This document shows positions 25,745 to 38,472 of a stretch of DNA of 64,000 bases, piece after piece. Position 1 is the first letter of the stretch, and every line of letters begins with the position of its first letter. The position numbers and the translations under genes are program-made. A model generated the notes under the pieces. The model saw nothing but the letters and a program-made list of their open reading frames with translations. It was not told the origin of the DNA and did not search any database. Source of the DNA: Pseudovirgaria hyperparasitica (taxonomy: Eukaryota); the NCBI GenBank assembly GCA_010093815.1, contig ML996584.1; one strand, given 5' to 3'.

Positions 25745-26244
25745 TCACCAATGGGCTTCGCTTATTTCCACCTCATTGACATCGATACCTTCTTTGTACC
25801 ATCGTTGCTCCTCGGTGATATCGACATCGTTACCACTCATCTGCCGCTTGCGCATCCTCCCGTCTGCGGCGAAGGTCCAATCCTCCAATCCATAACATCT
25901 CTTCCACTTCATACCATCATGGGCATCTTGATACTCATACCAGAATTGAACGGCAATTCTGTCGTCGTTGAACGCGAACAATTCTTTGCGCAATCGATAG
26001 CTCTTCTCTTTCTCCCACTTCTTTGTCAAGAAGTCTACGATTGCCTCTGTTCCTGAGAAGAAGGTCGCACGATTTCTCCAGATACAGTCCGGCGTGTATG
26101 CCTTGACTACGGCATGAGGATCCCTTCCCCCGTGAGCATGGTCATACGGAGCTTTCACTCAACGCACTGCGCATTCCACAGGTCCTGAGCCTTCTTGACC
26201 TTTGCGTGGGCCGTTTCGGCTGTGAATGGAGGGACCAACGACAT
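25745..26244 (-). CDS. DUF1348 (NTF2/SnoaL-like) protein
   Basis: PPFTAETAHAKVKKAQDLWN, AYTPDCIWRNR, YRLRKELFAF, IAVQFWYEY, YGLEDWTF; one intron. Confidence 0.9.
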
Positions 26245-26804
26245 TTGTTTGAGTATGGTCCTGTAGGATTGTGAATGATAAGTCAAAATTAGGGGATTGT
26301 CACAGTTTTGAGTGCGAGAAAATATATTGTCTTTGCCTTGACAGGATGTTAGCAAGACAGTTGTGCTGTAGATCTATTTAGCTGGCAGGATCGGGTTTAT
26401 GAGCGGACAAGTCCCACATGGGGATAATGCAAGTAATCAAGAGTCAGAAGGGCGCACAGTGAGATTAGCAGTCTAGACTCGCATGCTTATCACCAAAATG
26501 CAATTGATGTCGACCACCGGTGCTATTCCGAGCTTACGTCACAGCATTCATTCTGGCCGAAAGACACCTATGCCCCGCTGCAGGTGCCCCGCATCAAATT
26601 GAACCATTCGCGCTGACCGATAGGCCGCGTGAGTCTCTCCATGCCAGAGAGTTTTCCGGGCCGTTTCTTTCCAAACACTTGCACGACCGATAGTTATCAT
26701 CGCCAACACTTGAATCTCGACTCTGCCACAACGAACTTCACTATTTCGTACAACCACAGCCACACAAACTCTAGGTCAATATCAATTGCTACAAGCCCAT
26801 CATA

Positions 26805-27472
26805 ATGGCTCCTCTCAAAGCTGGTGACAAGTTCCCCGAGGGCGTCAAGTTCGAGTGAGTTTCTTCTCCGAGTACACAGCTTGACACGTTGCTGATACAA
26901 TTTACATCAGGTGGGCCCCCATCACCAACGCCGACCCGACATCCTGCGGCAAGCCCCAAGAATATGACGCCAGCAAAGAGTTCGCGGGTAAGAAAGTTGT
27001 CCTCGTCGCTGTCCCCGGCGCTTTCACTCCCGGCTGCCAGGCCATGCACTTGCCCCCATACATTCAGCTCCAGGACGAGCTGCAGTCCAAGGGCGTCGAC
27101 AAGGTCGTCGTCATTGCGTCCAACGACTCGTGGGTTATGAATGCTTGGGGCAAGGTCAACAAGGTCACTGGTACGGACTATCTTGTGAGTTCTCTGCAGT
27201 CTAGCAGCATGCGGCAATCCGGCTGACGCATCGTAGCTTCTCATGAGCGACTCCAAGACCTCGTTCGGCAAGACACATGGCTGGATGGCAGGTATGGGCG
27301 ATCGGCTGGGACGCTTTGCAATTGTGATTGAGAAGGATGGCACGATTAGCTATGCCGAGAAGGAGGACAACCCGAGCCAAGTCACGGTAAGTTCTGCTTG
27401 ACAGCTCGAGCGGGATTTGGTTCTGACATGTCATAGGTCTCCGGTGCGGACGCTGTTCTTGCGAAATTGTAA
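26805..27472 (+). CDS. AHP1: Prx5-type peroxiredoxin (Ahp1/Pmp20/Asp f3-like), peroxisomal
   Basis: KKVVLVAVPGAFTPGCQAMHLP, NDSWVMNAWG, N-terminal Cys in TSCGKP, three introns, PTS1 AKL*. Confidence 0.9.
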
Positions 27473-29012
27473 GATGGCCCTATGCCAGCCATAGCTGAGA
27501 GAGCAGCGGGCTTACAAGTGCACGTCCAGCGGCGAGCGCCACCGCCTGTAGCATCTGCCTTTATCATAGTAAAGAGCAGGCCAGACATCAAGCTAGACAT
27601 AGTGTAAAGCGAGTAGGATAGAAGACAAAACAAGCACCTGCACGCACGTACGATCCACCGAAAACAGTGACTTGAATATTCAAATTGGTTGAAAATGTAG
27701 CGTCACAAACGACCCATTCTTTCAGGTTATGAAGAAAATCCAGAGTGGGAGATACAGGACGTTGTAAAAGATTTGCTCTGCCGCGCATTGGAGAGATAAA
27801 CAACGACGGGCAATGAAGCCTGTCGCATTGAGCGTGATCGCGCCAGAAAACTGTGTGTGTGCGCGACCGGCTCAATGTGTGCGGATGAAGAGAGAAGAAT
27901 GAAAATTATCTCCGGCTCGGGGAAGTAGAGCGGGTGCCCAGGACTACGGATGACAAAGCATGCGATGAGTACTAGTAGTACCTTCTTAAGGTAGGTACGG
28001 TACCTACAGAACTACCACTACCACCTACCTGAGCGGGCTAGAGTCATTTGGGTGATGGTCTAACTCTCCTGGGGTTTCTGGCACTTTAATGCAGCCTCAG
28101 GCCCCTCACACCAATCAGGACGTCTGATACAGCTGAACTACCACCCAGAGCACCCACAGCCTTACACGCCCTGCATAATCACGACTCTTGACTTCGACAT
28201 GAGTAGCAGGCAAAGTAGTATCGATACAAGGACACGGACTACACGGCAAATCGGCACATCTCGGGGTTCCGGACAGATGTACTACCTCTATCTTCTGCCT
28301 ACGCTGCTGCAGATGTGAGAGACCTCGGCAGTCTCTGGCAGATCAGCATCATCATCACCACCATCCATCGATATCATCATGCTGCCAGCTATTACCACGA
28401 CCTTCAAACACCCATTGCGACGTATACACAGGTACCCAGAGCTTACAGAAGGATTCATCTGCAGTCTCGTGGATATGAACGGTACTTTTCCGCTGTCAAT
28501 CCTGCGAGTCGATGGCTGCTGGCGTCGGCACAGGCCCTCATCGCGGCTGTGGCTCCCTCGTCCCCACTCACCAGCACGACTTAGCATTTTTTCCGTTTCC
28601 ACTCATTCATTCGCCGATTGCGCTGTGGATCTGCGTCTGAGAGTCATGCGTGCTGCTAATAGTTTCCTTGCTGTCTTAATCGTCATTCTAATATTCCTCC
28701 GTGCTGTTTCTGCTTGTCCTGACGTCTATGCTGTCTCGTCACTCATGCTGTGCTCACTTCTAGCTGCCCCAAGTTATCTGCCTCGTGGTCCTGTAGAGAG
28801 TCATCACTGCGTCGTCGATACCTCCGAAGCCGTTTCTGTACGCGCGATAGAACGCTGTGAAACTGTGCGTATGTTTATGGGACAGCATTGAGCAGGCTTT
28901 ACCATCTACATATAAGGAGTATCCTCGCATGTAGTCCGGACTCATGCCAATCTGAAGATTCCCATATCAAATCCTCGGCAGACCCATCGAAATATACAAA
29001 TCGGCAGTCAGC

Positions 29013-31064
29013 ATGGTCGATGAGAAGGAACACCGTACCTCCTCCACCTCGACACCAACGCCACCCTCCCAGCATTTCCTCGAAGATGTCGACCCGGAGC
29101 GCAAATCGTCCAAAAGCACTCAAGACTCTGCATCTGATATTTCATCCTCAGACGACGAAGAATACGTAGAACGAGCCCAGTCAGAACATGCAACACAAAC
29201 GCAATCCCGGAATTTCGAGCTTCACAGAAATGCATCACACGTCACAGAAACCAGCGCAACCCCTGAGCTTGTTCATATCCAGACCGGGAGAAGCGTTGCC
29301 ACAAATGCAACAAGTGACCCAAGATTCGAGGTCGATTTCGAAGAGGACGGCTCAGACAATCCAAAGGAATGGAGCCTGGCACACAAGAGCATGGTTATAT
29401 TCTGCACTAGCTATTCCACCGTTATAGTGTAAGTGGACGCTTGACTTTTGACCTTTTGACCTTTGCCACTGCCGACCAGCATACAATGTTGCATTGTCGT
29501 CCATTGCCGCATGTCAAATGTGGCTGAACGTCAATGGCTAAACTGACGTCGTACAGCGTCTTGTATTCGACTTCATATGCATCCGCCATCCCGGGCATGA
29601 TGGAAAGCTTCAACATCGACAACGAGACCCTCGTCGTTCTCGGCCTCACGACATATCTCATGGGCTTGGCCACCGGTTCCGTGATCCTGGCACCGCTCAG
29701 CGAAATGTACGGTCGCAGACCCATCTACATCGTATCGCTGGCCTTTTTCATCGTTCTTGTCATTCCATGCGCTCTGGCGAAGAATCTAGAGACCATCCTA
29801 GTCACCCGCTTCTTTGGCGCCCTCGCTGGGAGTGCCATGATTTCCAACGCCCCTGGTACCGTTGCAGACATTGTCACGGACGAATACCGCGCCCTCGCAT
29901 TTTCCATCTGGAGTATTGGACCTATGAACGGTGTATGTTTCTATATATATCCTCCTTCTTTCTTCGCAGTACTGACTATTCCAGCCCGTCCTTGGCCCCA
30001 TCATCGGCGGCTTCGTCTTTCAATCTCTCGGTTGGCGCTGGACAAATTGGGTCGTCCTCATCGGTGCCGGCGTCGCACTGCTCGTGATATCGACGGTCAA
30101 AGAAACCTACGCACCCGCCATCCTCCGCCGCAAATCCGCTCTTCAGCGGAAGAAATCAAACGACGATCGATACTGGTCCCGCTATGACGAGCGTCTCGGC
30201 CTTCGCTCCCTCCTCGCCGTCAACCTCTCCCGGCCCTTCGTCATGGCCGTCACCGAGCCCATCTGCATCTTCTGGGACATCTACATCGCCATCGTCTACG
30301 GCATCCTCTACCTCTGCTTCGTCGCCTACCCCATCGTCTTCTCCCAGCAACGCGGCTGGTCACCCGGGCTCACCGGCCTCGCCTACACCGGCATCGGCAT
30401 CGGCGGCCTCATCACCATCCTCTCCGAGCCCCTCCTCCGCGCCCTCATCAACTCCTACCGCCCCAACCGCAGCATCCCCGCCAGCCCCCTCAACGCCGCC
30501 CCTCCCGAGGCCATGCTCGCCGTTGTCTGCATAGCCGCCGTCCTCGTTCCCATCGGCGAGCTCGTCTTCGCATGGACTTCCCCACCCACCGTCCACTGGG
30601 TCTTCCCCATCCTCGCCGGCATCCCCTTTGGCGCCGGCAACTGCGCCGTCTTCATCTACGCGTCAAACTACCTCGTCCACTCGTACGGCATCTACGCCGC
30701 CTCCGCGCTCGCCGGTAATGCCGTGCTGCGCAGTGTCCTGGGCGGCTGCTTGCCGCTTGCGGGCCCCGCGCTGTATGGTGCTCTTGGGAGTCGCTGGGCT
30801 GGCACGTTGCTGGGCGGGCTGGAAGTGTTGTGTATTCCGATTCCGTGGGTGTTCTGGCGGTATGGCGCGAGGATTCGGGGGAGGAGTCGCATGATTGGGC
30901 TCATGCGTGCGGATCAGGAGAGGTTGGAGGCGAGGGCTCGAAGGAAGGCGGTGGGTGTGGTTGCTGGAGGGGGAAGCGCAGGCGAGGATCGAGCTGGAGG
31001 GATGGAGTACGTGAGCGCGCAGAAAGAGAAGGCTGGGCTTGTAGAACGGGATCGTGAGGTTTGA
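29013..31064 (+). CDS. MFS drug:H+ antiporter (DHA1 family)
   Basis: DNPKEWS, APLSEMYGRRP, GP-x-LGPIIGGF, ETYAP, RPF...EP, YAASALA; two introns. Confidence 0.92.
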
Positions 31065-32236
31065 GATAGTTGTTTGGAAACTTGGGGACTTTATGAGACT
31101 CACGAAATGACATGAAGTAGCTTTCAAAGCCATCATCTCCATAATGCCGTTATGACCCTGTGTGATGGCGTCTGTAGCTTCGCGTATGTTTTGACGCGTA
31201 CCGTTGACGTTTTCACCTGCAGCTTATACAGGACCACTGACCACGTCGACACTGGCAAAGAGTCTATCTGCCATGTTCGGGCATGCAGCTGCTGGTCTCT
31301 TTCTAAAGATTGCGCGGATGTGTAGTGGATGCGGTTGTTTGATCAGCGCGGTCATGGGCCCATTCGAATAGTGTAAAGGTGATTCACTTTGCTCACAGCG
31401 AGTTCCGAGAAGGTCTATCTATCAGGACGAAATACCAAGGCGAAATCTTGTAAGACCGGCGAGGCCAAAAAAAAACCTGCAGACGCGTTGCTTATCAATC
31501 CAACAAACAGTGTTCAGACGCGTGACCCCTGGCTCAGCAACACCACACACCGCACCACACCACACCACCACTTTATCAATTTTCTCGCCCTTTATAAACA
31601 ATTTTACTCCAGCTACAATCAGTACCAGAACTTCGGGGCCATGGCTTAGTGGTCCCACAACAGGATAAAAAAGCGCGGTTTGGTGACGGCTTTCTCGGTT
31701 CCCAAACGATTGAGCTCCCGTTCGATCCGCGCGATATGAGTTTTGTTTTGAGTTTTTTTTTTCTCAATTTTTTTTTGGAGTTTTTGCTCATAATGGCTGC
31801 TGGAGGCGTGCCTAGAGGTTTGATTTTGGGTAGGATGTTACCGTACTTGTGTAGAGGAAGTTAGAGAGTTGCTTTGGGGTAGGCTTTGGTTGTTGTTGAT
31901 GGTGTTTGTGTAGGTTTTGGTAGATTTGTCTTCGACGTGGCACTTTGGACGCGTTACAGCAGTTCCTCTTACTGTGCGGGTTGTTGGGATGCGTATTGTT
32001 CATCGAGCTTGCGAAGTCAGAAACTAAGCACTTATATAAAGAGACAATTAGCTTTACAATTATGTATTCAAGAACTGGGTCCGGCATGCATTTTTGCCAA
32101 ACGTATGTATAGCACACTAGTTATTTGCATGTATGACGCTCCGATGATACTTAATTCACTGCATGAAAGCATCTACTCCAAGCGTCTGACCTTCATCCTT
32201 CAATAATCCTTTCCAGAATGTATGTAGGGGAGGCGA

Positions 32237-33004
32237 TCAATGCTCTTCCTCCTTACACGATGCAATGAGAGCAGTGCTTGCCGCAGCAGCAACACTCACC
32301 ACAACCACACTGATGAGACTGCCAAGAATGATACCACCGAAACCACCCATAGCAGCCGACTGAAGGAGAGAAAACAAGCTTCCTGCGGGAACGTCACCCA
32401 TAGAGGCCTGCACAGCCGCCGCAATAGAACCTTTCGACTGAGTCAGTACATATAACCCTCCAAGTATGCGAATCACACCCCAGCAGCAGGCCCGACAGGC
32501 GTAAAACCCAGGATTCCAAGGAGAGGCATGAAGAACAGTCCCGGCGCCGCGATGATGACGCCGCCAATCACACAAAGTGCAATCTCATGCGGGTGCTCCT
32601 TGACGAACTCGAACGTGGCTTCCGGGAGGTTATTCCAGTCGAAGTTGAGCATATACTCCTCTGCTTCTTCCTTGCTTTTCCACGCGTCATCGCCGAACTG
32701 CTGAAGTGCTGGCATGGTCTCGTTCTGGTACGTGTTCTGGAGGTCCTGCGCTCGCTTGCGGAGCTCTTGGAATGCACTGTCTCCCGCTTCACTGAGGGCT
32801 TGCATGGTTCCGGTGGCGCTGTCGTTAATGTCTTGCATGCCTTTCTCCCCGGCTTTCGCCATCTCTTCACCTGTTGCAAATCAGTCTCGTCGTTCATAGC
32901 TTTCGCCGTGCAATGCTCGTACCAGCTCTTGTTGCATGGCCTGCGACGGCTTCGGCGGCATGGCCGGTATCTGCGATTGCTTTGTCAAACCAGCCAAAAT
33001 CCAT
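32237..33004 (-). CDS. IFI6/IFI27 (ISG12)-like small membrane protein, copy A
   Basis: Three exons; spliced C-terminus LGILGFTPVGPAAG/SIAAAVQASMGDVPAGSLFSLLQSAAMGG matches the ISG12 motif. Confidence 0.75.
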
Positions 33005-33497
33005 GATTGTTTGCGGGCTGATGTACAGAGTGTATTAAGCGGTAAGAGCTGTGTATTGGCTTCGCAAGGACTTAAGAGTGCTCTGGGAGATTGACCGATC
33101 AGTGATGGAATCAAGGTCTCATAGTCTGGTGAATATATGGGTCCGTGTAGCTAGTGCTACCGTGAAACACTGTGGAATACTGTGCAAACACACAGCTAAT
33201 AATAACGCTAGTCGTTTTCGTGCCTTTCTGACTTCAGTTGATAGGTACTCCGCGAGGTGAAATACAGACCTAAGTCAAGACATAGCTTATATGTATCAAG
33301 GAGAAGATAGCATGCGTCACTTCACTCGTGCACACGATTTTTAACACCAAAGAGTATATCTTTGCCTAGCTTTGTCAAACTTGACCGTTGTAGCGTCACA
33401 CAGCCATACAGTGCCTTTGATAGCCAACTCAGATGAGCCGTACGATCTCAGTACAAGCATTTACAGCTCTCTTTCCAATAAATATTCTAGGCACACC

Positions 33498-34123
33498 CTA
33501 TTCTTCATCTGGTTCCAAAGTGTCAACACCCCTTTGTCCCTCGCTTATCGCCATGTTGCGGTTTGGATTTATAGCAGCCTTGATTAGCTTTGCTGCTTCG
33601 ATGGCGACAAAAGACACAGCTCCAGTTGTAAGCACACCTCCTACGATTACTGCACCATACCCAGCCATAGCGGCCGACTGAAGTATTGCAAATAGTGAGC
33701 CACCAGCCACAGTTCCGAGAGAAGCCTGCCAGGCAGCTGCGAGTGAGCCTTGACCCAAGTCAGTCAATGTAAAATAAAACGTGCAAAGCGTGGTGACTTA
33801 CCAGCCGCCGGACCCACAGCTGTGAAGCCCATTAGACTGAGTAGTGGTCCGAAGATGAGTGCTGGTTGGAAGATCATAATGCCAGTCGAGACTCCGCCGA
33901 CGATGTAGAATATAGTCTTGAACGGATGTGCCTTGACGTAACGCCATGTACTATGAGGCAGGCGCCTGAAGTTGAAGTCAAGTAGTTTCTTCTTGGCAAC
34001 GAACAGATCTTGCTGCAGGCTGTCTCCCAGCTGGTTCACAAGCGGAACGACGCCGTATTTGTACCAACCGTTCAGTTTGGTGGCCGTGCTAGCCACGGAG
34101 GAGAGAAAGTCGGCAAAGGGCAT
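33498..34123 (-). CDS. IFI6/IFI27 (ISG12)-like small membrane protein, copy B
   Basis: Two exons; LSLMGFTAVGPAAG/SLAAAWQASLGTVAGGSLFAILQSAAMAGYG. Confidence 0.78.
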
Positions 34124-34896
34124 GTTGAGGCTTTGAGAGATGTTATAGGTGCGAAAAGTAAGGCAGTGGAAGACTATATATCAGAGCCGTTAATCCTGTG
34201 ATTTTGAGTCGAAGCATTTGTCTTGGATACTGAGAAGTGAATCGAGTTAGTAACTTCGATATGTGCGAACACTCGTCATGTTTGATTGAATGTGTGGAGA
34301 TAGGTCCGCGAATCGGCCATCGCAAGTGTAAAGTGATAAGTTGTGAAATTTGCATACTGGAAGTAGCCGGGTCGGCGCTGGAGAAAAGATATTGTGGTGG
34401 GAAGTGAACGCTGAGTGCTCAAGCACGACCCCCAACCGAGAGACCTAAACACAGCCTTACGGAAAGCAGTTAGACGACAGACTAAGCGGTTATAATATAA
34501 ATATGAAGCTCAACGTCATCAGAAGGCTAGATTGGTTGTCTTTTACGATATCAAGAAATAGAAAGAGCTTTGAACAGCAATATAAGGAGAGAGAGAGAAA
34601 AGAGAGGAGAGAAGTGAGGCTCTACAGCCCAATCGCTAGTCTCGATTAGGCTAGCCCAGTCAGTACGTCTCCACTTCGTGTTCACAAGGTTAACTATGGG
34701 GGCATGGAGCAAAATAGATTACAGTATCAATCCACCAAGTAACAGGAATACCGACTTCAAAGCTCTTCATGGAAAATATCACCGTGATATAGAGTCATCA
34801 GGACCCACTGCTATGTCATAGGTATCTTACAACGTGCTTATATTCTCCTGTTCATGTATGGCGTGACCACTAACATAGTATTGAAATCATATGTCA

Positions 34897-35533
34897 TCAG
34901 AGTCTTCTAATCCTTCCCTGTTCTCTCAATAACGACTTATGGAGAAGCATACCCACCAGCCAACCAGAAATCATTCTTATCATAGAGGCCGAGATCACCA
35001 CCACGAAGATGACCAGAGACCAACCCCAAGCCGACTGAGCCACATCTACGAGAGAGAATTCCGGGACCGTCAAATCACGCGCACCGATCTCCCCATAGCC
35101 TACAAAGGTTCAGCACTATTTAGGAGCCACGATATGACGCGAGAACTCACCCGGTCCGGTCAAATCAACACTCAACTCAGTCATATTCCTCATTGCGACA
35201 TATCCATCAGACCCTACGGAGGAGGTTAATACTATTCCAAAGCATATCTCCCATGATACGTCTAGATATCTCACGAATAGCACGCTGGCGCACAGGTCCG
35301 AAGGCAAGCTTGGGAATGTTTATGGTAAAGACACCACAGACAGCCAGAATGATCAAGAGGATGACAGTCAAGCTGCTGACAGAGAGGCCAAGGTACCAGG
35401 GGCCGATGTTGACAAGGGAGCGGTAGAAGGCGCGAAGTTTGGTGTTCAGAGATGCAAAGAAACTGCTAGATCTTGGAGCCGAGCTGGTTTCGTCCGGGTT
35501 GTAGTATAGGGGAAGAGCGTGGTTCTCGGACAT
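34897..35533 (-). CDS. Hypothetical two-TM protein (three exons)
   Basis: Introns GTATCA...ATTAAC...TAG and GTGAGT...TAG join MSENHALP...REISR, RSDGYVAM...LTGP and GYGEIG...WSLVIFVVVISASMI...RIRRL* in frame. Confidence 0.6.
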
Positions 35534-36307
35534 CTTGGAGGAGAAAGTCAGGATCTATCGTGTATGCGATATGGAACGTTAACGTGCAGGGCAATGCTGG
35601 GTCGAGGTGAGCTTTTCTGGTTTGTAAGTACTGCCGGTTGAGGAGCTGTATAAAAAAGTAGAGCGACAGGAGCAGATTTGCTGTCTTACATGAGATGTAT
35701 ATGATTCTGTGTAGCGCCATATCTAATGCCTTTGGATAGTGATGACCAGTTTTGCCGGGAGTGGATCTGAGGTTCGGCGAGTGGGTCTGAAGTTCGGCGA
35801 CTAGAGCCGGAGTGGAGTTTGTGGGACGGGTAATTAATGATGGATGTCGCAAAACATGTGCTCGATACTCCGATGAGATCTCGATCATGTTGGCACTAAT
35901 AAGAAAGATGTCCTATGCCACTGTTATGTTTAAGATACCTACTACTTCGCGTGGGCAATGACTCGCCCGTTCGTGACTCAACTGGAAAGTGGAGAACTGC
36001 AGCCAGAGGCTATCTCGCTCACTGTATGGCTGCATCCATTGATCCACATTGACTTTGCACTGTGTTGGGGAGACATGACGAATCAAGTAATTAATTAGAT
36101 TATGTATGATGGAAGGGATATAACAGGGGTAGTTTATGGAGTGAGATCCTGACTAAGGAGTAGTGCACAGACACTAGCGTGAATGTGTCCACCATTGTAG
36201 TTCAACGTCACCATGCTCCACCCCAAACTTGGTCACAACTCAAGTGACGCCTTGCTTAGCCATGACAAAAGAGATGGGTATCTGATCCTACTTTGATGTT
36301 TCGCTGT

Positions 36308-37756
36308 TCACAGTCCAACAGTCCTTAAAGTATGTGACAGTGAGTTCCCGATCGGCTGCAAGTTCGGGAGCATGGCCGCGACGAATCGATCTGGGAATCT
36401 GCTACTGCCATGAATCAACAATGGCAGCACAGCTATTCCCCACATGAAGTATGTCAAGCCGATCGCCATGTTGATGCGAATAGCGATGATGATGGATCTG
36501 AGACGCGCAGCAATCCAGTTGCGAATGGGTCGATTCTTCTTTGCTGCTTCAGCGGCTGCGAGCGCTTCAGAAATCTTCAGCGCAACCTTGTTGTTGATCT
36601 TTTGCCAAGTAGTATTGAGCGCGATCGATCTCGCTGTCTGCGACATTTGTCTTCTGAGCTCAGATGACTGGATAAGTCTCTGTGTCTTCGCAACGAAGTT
36701 CCTAACGTCGTCTGGTCGAATGAGATGGCCAGATTTCTCATCAACTACAATCTCAGACGGCCCTCCTTGATCCCGTGCGACCACTGGCAAGCCACTCGCC
36801 ATCGCTTCCAAAACAACCAGACCAAAAGTTTCGGTGATGGAACAATGCAGGAACAAATCAGCTGAAGCGTAGACGCACGCCAATGCTGCACCCTTACGGA
36901 ACCCTGTGAATACAACCCTGTGCTCCACACTCTTGAACAATTTTTGCACATCTTCTTCCACTGCGGGATTCTGGTTGCCACCTGTAATGACCATCTTGAA
37001 ATGACTTCCTGCAGCATCCAACCGCTGGACGACCTCAGCCAAAAACCCGAAGCCTTTCTCTGGAGCTATTCTCCCAACACATAGCAAAATGATCTCGCCA
37101 TGAGGAGCAATCGTTTTGCGAAAGTTCATGTCTCTCGCTTCTGGTCGGAATAAAGCCGTATCTACGCCTCTTCCTAAGTGGAAGGTCTTACTCATCGGCG
37201 CGCCTGCTTTCTCGAGATATTCGCGGACCATTCCTGACGGATAAAAGATGGTATGAACGGCACTATGGCTGAAAAGGAAGCCTTGTACCAGTGCTAGTAA
37301 CCATACGGCATACTGATCCATCGGCTTGGGAAATATGATCTCACTGTATGCGGAAAGGTCGGTTTGAAAGTTCAGCATCACAGGCGGTGGTGAACCCATT
37401 TGTCGAATCTGTAGAAGAAGCTGGAAGCCCACGGATGCAGGACTCGCCAGATATATCAGATCTGGGTGAAACGACTTGCTATATATAGTGTCGAGGCGGA
37501 GAGGATATGCGACTGTCAAATCTGGATTGTATGGTAGAGGGTATCCATCAAGTCGAACTTCCGGATCGTTTCTCGCATTCGTCACTGTTGTTGGTCCCGC
37601 GAACTTGGGCGCCACAACAGCTACCTGCGCTCCATTGTCGCGGAGATATTGGATCAGACTGCCTGTAGTCCTACTGACACCGTTGATTGGGCCAAGTGAC
37701 TCAGTCGCCAGCAGAATCTTTCGGCCCTTGAGGTCTTGAGGAAAGTTCTGGTCCAT
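36308..37756 (-). CDS. GT4 glycosyltransferase, SQD2/Agt/MgtA-like, with C-terminal hydrophobic helix
   Basis: Intronless 482 aa; KILLATESLGPINGVSRT, RGVDTALF, VGRIAPEKG, EX7E motif ETFGLVVLEAMASGLPVV. Confidence 0.88.
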   Translation of the reverse strand: MDQNFPQDLKGRKILLATESLGPINGVSRTTGSLIQYLRDNGAQVAVVAPKFAGPTTVTNARNDPEVRLDGYPLPYNPDLTVAYPLRLDTIYSKSFHPDLIYLASPASVGFQLLLQIRQMGSPPPVMLNFQTDLSAYSEIIFPKPMDQYAVWLLALVQGFLFSHSAVHTIFYPSGMVREYLEKAGAPMSKTFHLGRGVDTALFRPEARDMNFRKTIAPHGEIILLCVGRIAPEKGFGFLAEVVQRLDAAGSHFKMVITGGNQNPAVEEDVQKLFKSVEHRVVFTGFRKGAALACVYASADLFLHCSITETFGLVVLEAMASGLPVVARDQGGPSEIVVDEKSGHLIRPDDVRNFVAKTQRLIQSSELRRQMSQTARSIALNTTWQKINNKVALKISEALAAAEAAKKNRPIRNWIAARLRSIIIAIRINMAIGLTYFMWGIAVLPLLIHGSSRFPDRFVAAMLPNLQPIGNSLSHTLRTVGL

Positions 37757-38472
37757 CTTCTCAGTAGTTGAAGGCTTTCAAAATTGCGGCTCAAGCGATG
37801 GCACGAACGTTATGTCACTATAATGTCTGCGGTGCGTTGTATTGACCAGGACCAATGTTTGAAGCAAATTCCACGTAAGAAGAACCTGCGACGTGGAGGA
37901 ACTTGAAATTCCGAAGTCGCCCTTCCCATGATGTAGTCGCTGCAGAATTATCCTCATCATGCGGGGTATCTTTGTGAGGTGGGATGCTCAGTGTCTAGCT
38001 CATGACAGAGGGTTGAGATAGGAAAGTTGATGTTTGTCCCACGAGACGGCGGATTCACTTCTGATTGGCCGGTAGCAGGCATCACTTGAACCACAGATTC
38101 AGGGTCCACGGCAACATCAGGGCCTGGCATCTCGCAACGTGCGACGGTTGGACGTCAACACTCGAGCAGAATATAATATTGATACGATGACTCCACGATA
38201 AAGAACCGCGTCGCACGAATGGACTGTTTGCTGCCACCACGAGATCTCCACCGCGTGCTTATTGCCACTCTTTATTTTCGATGCAAGCTTGTCCGGGGAG
38301 GATGGCCACTACTATGTACCATTCACTCGACACATGACTTGGCTTGTAATAATGGCAAACGCGAGATTGCAAAGCGGGCCTCGGCCGTTGCTGTCGCACT
38401 GCCTTCATCTCTTGTCCCTATATGTGCGTGACCATACCTCCACTTTGACTGCGACAGCACACGACTTCCAGC

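Noticed and set aside
28288..28945. ORFs or regulatory uORF upstream of the MFS gene
   Set aside because: No recognisable domain or conserved uORF peptide; probably promoter and 5' leader.
30180..31060. C-rich then G-rich skew and Ser/Pro-rich alternative ORFs in the MFS last exon
   Set aside because: Explained by third-position codon bias; I found no long inverted repeat.
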